Below, piece by piece: positions 25,767 through 32,664 of a DNA stretch of 32,664 nt. Position numbers and translations under genes: made by a program. The stretch's first letter is position 1. The number at the start of each line of letters is the position of its first letter. The stretch is from Catajapyx aquilonaris (Eukaryota). The notes below the pieces were generated by a model. The model made no database searches. It saw only the letters and a program-made list of their open reading frames with translations, and was not told the DNA's origin. The stretch spans positions 1 through 32,664 of the forward strand of contig KZ539148.1 of assembly GCA_000934665.2 (NCBI GenBank), in the 5' to 3' direction.

Positions 25767-25887
25767 CATTAATTTTCAGGGCTGCTACGCTGTCCTTTGG
25801 TGTCCATTGCAGATTTACGATGTACAATTTTGGTCTTTTCTTTGGAGGTTTGTCCATTCCCCAGAGCCATGGATAACGTCGAAGGAC
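25767..25887 (-). CDS. SIRT7: SIRT7 internal exon
   Basis: The acceptor is TTTCAG| and the donor G|GTACAT. The 121 nt encode VLRRYPWLWGMDKPPKKRPKLYIVNLQWTPKDSVAALKIN(G), containing the SIRT7 signature RPKLYIVNLQWTPKD. Confidence 0.95.
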
Positions 25888-26207
25888 CTGAAATGGATCA
25901 AAAACATCATTTTGGTTTAAGTTGCCATCTTGTGAGAGAGATGAGGTATCCACAAACAACACTTCTGGTAATTATGGGTAAGCCCATGATATGCAGGTAC
26001 ATATTCAGGTACACGGAATCGCAGGGCCTCAATTTTATGCTTAAATAAATATGCAAGTATTGTTTTAAAATCTCATTCAGAAACACATAATAGGTTTCAA
26101 CCCTATATATTAAGATAGTACATGATAGGAAAAGTTAGACCAGGGAAGAAGGTAACACGCAACTATTAATTAATAGCTAATATAGTAATAATTAATTGCT
26201 AATAGTA

Positions 26208-26480
26208 GTAGGCCACAGCCGCTTCCTGCCTTTCCTATCCCTGTCCCATACTGGAGGAGGTGCGGCGTTTGTGGGAGGTCCCTGACCCGCATCTAGAGGG
26301 TCGTCTTGTCAACCTAGCCCTCTGAGGGACTGCACACGTCCTCCACCATGAGACATTGCACTTGCACCACTGTCCCCCCCTCTATCCCAGCACTGGAGTC
26401 AGAAAATGGTGGAAAAATCTCCCCCCTACATAGGCCAGAAGGCCTCAAGGGAGTAAATAAAATAAAATAAATTAATTAAT
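26208..26480 (+). mobile_element. 5'-truncated chimeric SINE (copy C)
   Basis: It starts with GGCCACAGCCGCTTCC (as in copy B), continues with a body homologous to copy A (CTGACC.GCA..GTCT.G.CAACCTA..GACATTGCAC.TTGCACC), then ATGGTGG, a stem-loop and (TAAAA)n. TAATTAATTGCTAATAGTA flanks it at 26189-26207 and 26481-26499. This is a probable TSD, though it lies in low-complexity DNA. Confidence 0.8.
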
Positions 26481-26699
26481 TAATTAATTGCTAATAGTAA
26501 TAATTAATTGCTAATAGCAATAGCTAATAGCAATAGCCAATAGTAATAATGTTATTATTATTTATAATATTAATTAATTGCATTAATGCTCTATTAAAGT
26601 CGATTATAGACCGAGGTAACACAGTTTAGCATGGATTATGATAGATTATTGACATCCTTCACTAAGGGCATGATATTTTGGTTGCTTACAATGTCATCA

Positions 26700-27050
26700 T
26701 AATTTAGTAATTTTTTAGGCAGTGATGTGTCGTAGGGTCTGAGTGACCAATTAGTCATCTTTGGACAACACCTTGTCAGATATAGATAAGGCTCTGGGTG
26801 CTGTGCAGAACTACAAGTTTGGCAAATATCTCTTGGACAGTAATGCATAGGTTGACACCGGTAGTCATGCTTGCAAGGGTGTCTGCCTCTCTCTCTGTCC
26901 TGCACAGTGCTTGGAGTTCGGGTGTGGATTTCTGTATGCTGGTTCTTCTCGCTGGCCTGTGGGTGTTCTGGTTGTTTGGAGGAGAATATTCTAGTCACTT
27001 GGAGGAATTTAACAGTTGCTGATTCCTCTTCCGGGGGGGGGGGAATTCTC
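26700..27050 (-). mobile_element. Possible decayed LINE ORF2 C-terminal fragment
   Basis: One minus frame reads RRTSIQKSTPELQALCRTEREADTLASMTTG, loosely like the ..LxRxExxxLxRLxTG motif before the zinc knuckle of I/R1-group LINEs. The match is weak. Confidence 0.25.
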
Positions 27051-28500
27051 AAGTACCACGTTGCATAGTCATGTAATATTTAAATTTAAATTTAATATTG
27101 AGAGTTTGTCGTCTGAGATGGGCAGGGGTGGGGGGCCGGATGGGTGGTTTACAGGCTAATTTTTACAAGTTTTAATTTGAGAAGAAATACAGACACCAAA
27201 TTGACCCATACCTTAAACCAAAAATACAGGTATTGCTCTGTGTGTAAAGTGCTTTGTGACCCTCTCCTGTGTTTTTATGACCTATAATATTTCACAGACA
27301 AATAGGGGAGCATACTTAGCAAGCACCCACAGAGTTATGCCTGGCAATACTTCATTGGTAGCGAATAAATCTCACAGCCGCAAGGCCCAGGTTCAAATCC
27401 CTCAGACTCATGTACTTAGAACAAAAAGTCAAAGTATTTTGCTGCCACTTATATCACAGATACTAGATCGTGCCTCACGTGTCTCCAAGGCACTTGATGT
27501 GAACCAAACCTTGCGCAAACCACCCCCTCAGACCTCATCTGGCATCCCCCTTGTGGGAGGATTCCCCTGGCCCCGAACTAAAGAGTAGCCAAAGTCATAG
27601 TATCATAACACAGTATACTACTGTCTCAGCACCCTGCCTTCATCCCTCTCCCCAGCAGTTCATTCACCTGGGCTGTACCAGGCCGTGTTTGTATTTTAGG
27701 CCTAAATGATAATATCTGAGTGAACTGAAGCCAGGCTGTAGCTCATCATGGGGAAGGCTCCTCACTATCCTCAGGCTTCTGCTCTCCCGCCCTGAGCCCC
27801 CACCTGTGCATACTGTACGCTACAACTTCCATCACGACAGTTACCTCCTAGAAATATAGACCCTTACACACCCTTGCCATTTGCTTGCAGAATGCAAAAG
27901 CCACTCTGTGGTTTTCTTAATGGGATATCAACGGGACACACACTACAATGAGCTGGGACACTCCTTTGATAACCCCTGATAATATTGATGGGTTTTCCGG
28001 GCCCGTGTTGGTTTTCTCCGGACTCTCCCATTTACCTCTATTCTTAAGACCTTTAGGGGTGAGGAACAGTATTTGGGTCCTAATAGTTATAGGAAATTTC
28101 GGTCATCTGTTATTTTCGTGTAGCTTGTTGTCCGTCTCCCTGCTAACTGGTTTTGTAACACAATTTTCACCCTGCAGGATTACATAATATATGTTCCTTC
28201 CATGTGCTCACATGTTCTTCCCCTCCCTTTCCGTTGGTAGCTTCCTGACCTCACCGTTACTTTTGAGAAATCCTAAGACCAGCCTCACAGAAAATATTTT
28301 TAACAGTCTATAAAAATGTGTCAAAATTACAGATTAAAAATAAGCAGCTTACTGACACAAAATCACCAAGTGCAACGTACAATTAAATTAAATCACCCTG
28401 TATAACGCAGCAGGGAATTTACTCATACAATATCTCAAAATGCCACTGTAGCCTAGCATGGAGTTGTTGTTGTTGTTGTTGTTGTTCCTTGTTGTTGTTA

Positions 28501-28819
28501 TAATTGAATCGTGGAAATCCAAACCGCGCTATGTTGCATTTTCAAGATTTGCGAATCTCGACCTTATTGAAGGAAGCCTATAATAACGAAAATACGGATC
28601 GCACATGCGCGGTATTGGTATCCACTGAAAGATTTGCCGGAACTGTCGACATACCATGTGGTCCGACTCCCGTGAATTGAACGACGACTGAATGGCAAGT
28701 GACAGTTGGACCCTCCCGCAGAGGCCCAAAAACACGTAGCGCGGTTTTGATTTCCACACCGCCGTGGAACATAAAACCACACCATGTTGAGCGCGGTTTG
28801 GATTTCCACGATTCAATTA
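28501..28819. mobile_element. Small element with perfect 30-bp terminal inverted repeats, inserted in a microsatellite
   Basis: TA|TAATTGAATCGTGGAAATCCAAACCGCGCT ... AGCGCGGTTTGGATTTCCACGATTCAATTA|TA. It has (GTT)n on the left and (TTA/TTG/TCA)n on the right. Confidence 0.85.
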
Positions 28820-28986
28820 TATTATTATTATCATCATCATTGTTATTATTGTTATTGTTGTTGTTATTATTATTATTGTTGTTGTTATTATTATTATTAT
28901 TATTACTATGATTATTATCATCATCATTGTTATTATTGTTATTGTTGTTGTTATTATTATTATTATTATTATTGTTATTATTATTA
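28820..28986. repeat. Compound trinucleotide microsatellite with an 87-bp higher-order duplication
   Basis: The block ATTATTATCATCATCATTGTTATTATTGTTATTGTTGTTGTTATTATTATTATT occurs at 28824 and again at 28911. A (GTT)n tract lies at 28463-28499. Confidence 0.9.
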
Positions 28987-29013
28987 GAACTGCAATAAAA
29001 TACAGTAACATAC

Positions 29014-29250
29014 CTTCAAGCTGGACCCCAGGCATACTATAATATCCGACTCCTCAGCTGCCTTCACTGCCCCTTTCCAGTTCAGTGGCCACTGCAGTGT
29101 GCCACGTTCACCAAAATGCACAATGGTGTCAACCAGAGCACCACCACAGGCATAGCAGCGGCGACCAGTTTTGTGGCTGTTACGTGCAGTACGCTCTGTT
29201 ACATCAAACAGGCGAAGATATTCTCGGGTTGGCGTACATTGTTTGCATAC
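29014..29250 (-). CDS. SIRT7: SIRT7 internal exon (zinc-binding module); missed by the ORF track
   Basis: The acceptor is TTACAG| and the donor AAG|GTATGT. The 237 nt encode VCKQCTPTREYLRLFDVTERTARNSHKTGRRCYACGGALVDTIVHFGERGTLQWPLNWKGAVKAAEESDIIVCLGSSLK, with four Zn cysteines, DTIVHFGE and LGSSLK. Confidence 0.97.
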
Positions 29251-29311
29251 CTGTAAGACACAGTTGTTTTAGCACATGTAATAAGCACATAGCAGGTAAA
29301 TGTTAACTTAC

Positions 29312-29483
29312 CTCAACATACATATTACCATGCACTTCTGACAGTGCTGAGGATGGCAATCCACTTCTTAAGTGCAAACCATCACAATTTTGTGAAACAA
29401 AGTGCTTCACAAATCCTTTCTTGTGGAGCTTTGAAAGGGCCATGTGAGTAATGGTTGGCTTCGCCTCTGTTAAATTATAAGTG
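29312..29483 (-). CDS. SIRT7: SIRT7 internal exon (catalytic His); earlier exons not found in the window
   Basis: The acceptor is TTTTTTCCAG| and the donor GAG|GTAAGT. The 172 nt encode [57 protein letters not shown], with SQNCDGLH and HGN. A 61-nt intron follows. Confidence 0.97.
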
Positions 29484-29628
29484 CTGGAAAAAAAAGGCAT
29501 TTTATGAATTAAACCAGTCAATGGAGATGGTTTATGAACCCTGTAGTTCTCAGGTGTGATCTTTTTTTGAAGCCATGTTATGAATTGGCGGGAAAAAGCA
29601 CCTTGACACTTGTATTTTGTGAAACTTA

Positions 29629-30285
29629 GGCCCGGTTCACATGTGGCTACTTTTAGTCGCAGCAACTGGCGACCTTTGGAAATACACAGGATTGAATGAG
29701 AGCATTCACACGTGGTGACTGCAGTTGCGAGGGTAGGCTTCTCTGGCCCCGAAGTAGCTAGGGAGTTGCTCGACCGCGCAACTGAGTAGCAGGCCCGAGC
29801 GTCTTTGCTTCTACAAGCGCTCAAGGCCACACGTCCCGCTAGTTACCGGACCAGCTGCTTTTCATCGGTGCAGGCACACGGAGCCAGAGCCAGGGGCCAT
29901 TTTGGGCCATTGTTCCCACAGATTCAGTCATTTGTTCACCATGCCACGAGGACAGAGCAATCTCGAAAATATACCACAATGGATTGTCAAATTAGTTGAT
30001 GAAATTAATGTGTGTGGAATAGTCCCTTTGAAGATCTTTCAAGTCATACAGGGTGGACATGGATTGTCCTGTTTCGCCTGCTTTTTTTTCTCCTTTTCAG
30101 CAGCAGGAGAAGTAAAAGTGCACGTTCATCCCTGGCCGCCATATTGAATGGACTGGCCCACCAGCTATCGCGAGCTTCTGCCCCACTGCAGTTTCCGAGT
30201 CGAGCGGTTGCAGTGCCGGATGCGAGAGACTGCAGTTGTCAGTTGCTGTAGCTCGCAACTGAAGTCGCCATGTGTGAACCAGCTA
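29629..30285 (-). mobile_element. PIF/Harbinger non-autonomous derivative with a transposase N-terminal remnant
   Basis: The ends read TTA|GGCCCGGTTCACATGTGGC ... GCCATGTGTGAACCAGCTA|TTA (3-bp TTA TSD, degenerate TIR). The minus strand from ATG 30142 reads MAARDERALLLLLLLKRRKKSRRNRTIHVHPV*LERSSKGLFHT..YFR, matching the Harbinger start LLLLRRRR..WVHP...GxFHxL...YFRM. Confidence 0.8.
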
Positions 30286-30727
30286 TTAGGGTCAATCCCA
30301 ACAATGTGGCTCAAATCACGGATCACCCCAGTCTAGAATGAAGCTGAGTCCAGGTTCAACACAATCTCAGTCACATAATTCCATCTGAAGCTCAGCTCCT
30401 GCAAATCGGGAATCAAGTTGCTCTCAAGTATTATTTCCTGCTTAAAAGTGTAATACATGAACTTTAAAACAGCTAATCTCTAGGAAAATGTCACAAAATA
30501 CTCACAAACCACTAACTTCATGGATATATGAGAAAGTATGTTTTAAGTTTTTTTTTCGTAAGTTTTTAAATGCAACTTAAGATGCTAACAAACATTTGAC
30601 ATGCTACACCTGGCAAAGATGGTGCTAATCTTGGAATTTCTGTGAGCTACAAATCGAAGATGAGTGGACTATTTCAGCGACCCAGACTTGAACCGCAAAT
30701 CAGTACTTCTTTACGTGGGTAAGAGTA

Positions 30728-30992
30728 TAAATAAATAATGGTACCCCGTGATAGGCCTCCTTAGGCCTCTTAGGGGATCATCTTTTAAATACCCGTATTT
30801 AATCATTGCCTGCGCTGTGATGGATTGTGATAGTGGGAGGAAACGGGAGAGCCCTGAGAAAACCCACGCGAACACGGAGAGATCCCATCGAAACTCTATC
30901 CACATAAGTATCCTCTGCCCAACCCGGGGATTGAACTTGGGACCTTAGAGGTGGAAGGTTGCGACGCTAACCACTCGGCTACCGTGTCGCCC
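30728..30992 (-). mobile_element. Full-length tRNA-derived SINE with a V/Meta-like central domain (copy D)
   Basis: The head GGGCGACACGGTAGCCGAGTGGTTAGCG (A box) is followed by AGTTCAATCCC (B box). The core is CCGTGTTCGCGTGGGTTTTCTCAGGGCTCTCCCGTTTCCTCCCAC, then a 3' stem-loop and (TTTA)n tail. A perfect 16-bp TSD TACGTGGGTAAGAGTA lies at 30712-30727 and 30993-31008. Confidence 0.93.
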
Positions 30993-31396
30993 TACGTGGG
31001 TAAGAGTACTTTCTGGCTTAATTGATCCTTTGATTTGGGATCACCATTGAGCCAAGTTGGTGAGAACAAGCCTTAGTGTATTCCTAAGACAGGTTTAAAG
31101 TCAGTGATACAGGGAGTGATCCGAATTTTGGAATTGCTTAATTCTCTCTGAGAAAAAGCTGTTTTATGGCCAACAAACTGTTGCGGTAAAAACAAACTGC
31201 ACCTCAGAATGCCTGCAATACTTTTCTCGTCTTCTCAGAGGCCCGGAACAGCTGCTCGCAAAGTGCAAAATAGCCAGCCCAGGTAATGACTTACAAGTGA
31301 AATTTAAAGCAGCACGGAGTATCATTATGCATTGCAAGAGGCTAGTGAAGTCTGAAGTGACTCCACCTCAGAATTCCTGAGACTCAACTAAATATA

Positions 31397-32290
31397 CAAG
31401 GGCTGTCCAAAAAAAAAGTTTTCGACCCCATTCAAATTCCACTGATGGGATTATGAAAAATCATGCATAAAAGAAGTGCAAGTGAAGTTGGAGTGGCGCA
31501 TCTTACGGAAATAGTACATGGAGCAAGAAAGAGATGGATGGGTGGAATACATTTTTATTTGTATCTTAATCCGTCGAGATCATGTCAAGATAATGACACA
31601 AAAACTTTGGCAGCTCACTTCAAAAATATCAGGCACCGCGCAGTGGATGTCAAAAAAGTTAATCCAGTGTCACTTTGCTGGCCTGTTTGCGATATGCAAC
31701 ATGAAATTCTCAAGTCATATTTTGTCACCCAGTCCAGTGGCTGGATATGTAAAGGGGCCCCTAGTCACCAGAAGACTTCAGAATGCGACGTGGGAAGGAA
31801 GTACCTCAAGCCCTGCGTCACATCATTATTAAGGAGCACATAAAAGGATCACTGCATGCCATAGCCAGGAATCTGCACCTGTCTTGGTCCACAGCAGGTG
31901 GCATCATACGGCAATACAAAGTGGCAGGTTCCATAGCCCTGAAACCTCGATCTGGGAACCCTAGCATGAACTCAGCTGCGGATGATTGCAGTCTGCATAG
32001 GGTTATCCTAGGAAACTGGAGCATGACAGCAGCAGAGGTGACCTATGAGTGGTCAAGAAGAACTGGAAAGTCAACATCAACGTTCACGTGCTTTTGCCGG
32101 AACCATAAGTTCAGGTACTATTGTGAAAATGTACTTAAAACTGGCCATGGAGTTACTTCTTGTAATGAACCCTCATTTTCTTGCAATCAAAGGCTAAGAA
32201 GAAACCATTCTTGACGCCTGCGCGTTTCCTGACATTTTTGAAGCAAGCGACCAAAGATTATGTGTCATTATCTCGATGGATCAAGATCCA
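31397..32290 (+). mobile_element. Tc1-like transposon 5' portion with a pseudogenised transposase
   Basis: The terminus is TA|CAAGGGCTGTCCAAAA. From ATG 31783 the reading is MRRGKEVPQALRHIIIKEHIKGSLHAIARNLHLSWSTAGGIIRQYKVAGSIALKPRSGNP..TAAEV..TGKSTS, a Tc1 paired-like HTH with a GRPR-like motif. After a frameshift comes KAKKKPFLT (ARKKP motif). The DDE domain is absent. Confidence 0.85.
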
Positions 32291-32377
32291 AACAAAAATA
32301 CATTCTGGCCCTACTTCTCTTTCTTACTCCAAGATGCTCCAAGATGCTCTGCTCCAACACCATTTGTACTGCTTTAA

Positions 32378-32664
32378 AGGGACACTCCACTCAAAATACA
32401 AGTTGGGCTCTAAAAATCGGGAAAGAGATCCTGACTCCGAGGGTATAAGCAGTTTTTCTGAGAGACGAACGGTACGGCCAGGGCGAAGGCTGGAAGTGTG
32501 TCGTTCGAAAACCGCGCTCAAACGGGTAAACGCAGGTGGCGACGCCACCCTCTGAGGGTAGGTGAGAGCAGAACTAGAGAGCGGTAGGCGCGGATTTGAA
32601 ACGGACCGTGCTCTCCCTTTCCACCTACCCAGAAGATTAGTGGTGATGTCATCTTCGCGCGGAA
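32378..32664. mobile_element. Start of a Kolobok-like element running off the window
   Basis: TTAA|AGGGACACTCCACTCAAAA terminus followed by a shift to GC-rich sequence. The other end is not in the window. Confidence 0.5.

Noticed and set aside
26260..26350. HDV-like or hammerhead ribozyme in the SINE body
   Set aside because: There is no CUGANGA/GAAA core, and the P3/L3, P1.1 and J4/2 elements of HDV ribozymes could not be placed. It is kept only as a generic structured-RNA candidate.
26161..26590. CRISPR-like or regular repeat array of TAATTAATTGCTAATAG units
   Set aside because: It is irregular AT-rich low-complexity sequence plus a probable SINE TSD, with no constant repeat-spacer period, in a eukaryotic context.
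27430..27990. LINE endonuclease remnant (CLQGT, GGF and GDIN-like motifs across frames)
   Set aside because: The motifs are too degenerate and need several frameshifts, so they cannot be supported without a profile search.
28699..29035. Poly-Leu, Tyr/Cys/His-rich and Ile/Thr-rich ORFs
   Set aside because: They are translations of the intronic trinucleotide microsatellite.
29484..29830. N-terminal part of the 175-aa ORF as the SIRT7 N-terminus
   Set aside because: It has no sirtuin motifs (no GAGIST or PDYRG), overlaps the Harbinger element, and lies upstream of a strong acceptor at 29484, so it is intron read-through.

Overview
This is repeat-rich eukaryotic genomic DNA from an invertebrate animal, probably an arthropod (inferred from the gene sequences and transposon types). 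It holds parts of two minus-strand spliced genes. The first is the last four coding exons of a SIRT7 sirtuin (29483->24480), which join in frame through GT-AG introns and end in a long acidic C-terminal extension; its 5' exons appear to lie beyond the right edge. The second is the first coding exon of a Caskin/ANKS1-type ankyrin scaffold gene (10143->10041), whose first intron runs off the left edge. The rest is intronic or intergenic DNA packed with transposon relics: degenerate Gypsy pieces, Tc1/mariner remnants and MITEs, Kolobok-like TTAA elements, a PIF/Harbinger derivative, a Helitron-like end and four SINE copies. There are also microsatellites, a 472-nt poly-A run (probably an assembly artefact) and a 111-N gap. 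Most ORFs in the supplied track are spurious. I see no intact novel multi-gene system. The best leads are (a) modular SINEs that swap domains and share covarying RNA stems, (b) a candidate HCF-1-binding motif next to an LxxLL motif in the SIRT7 tail, and (c) a mariner derivative built from two inward-facing 5' ends. All family calls come from recalled motifs, not database searches.
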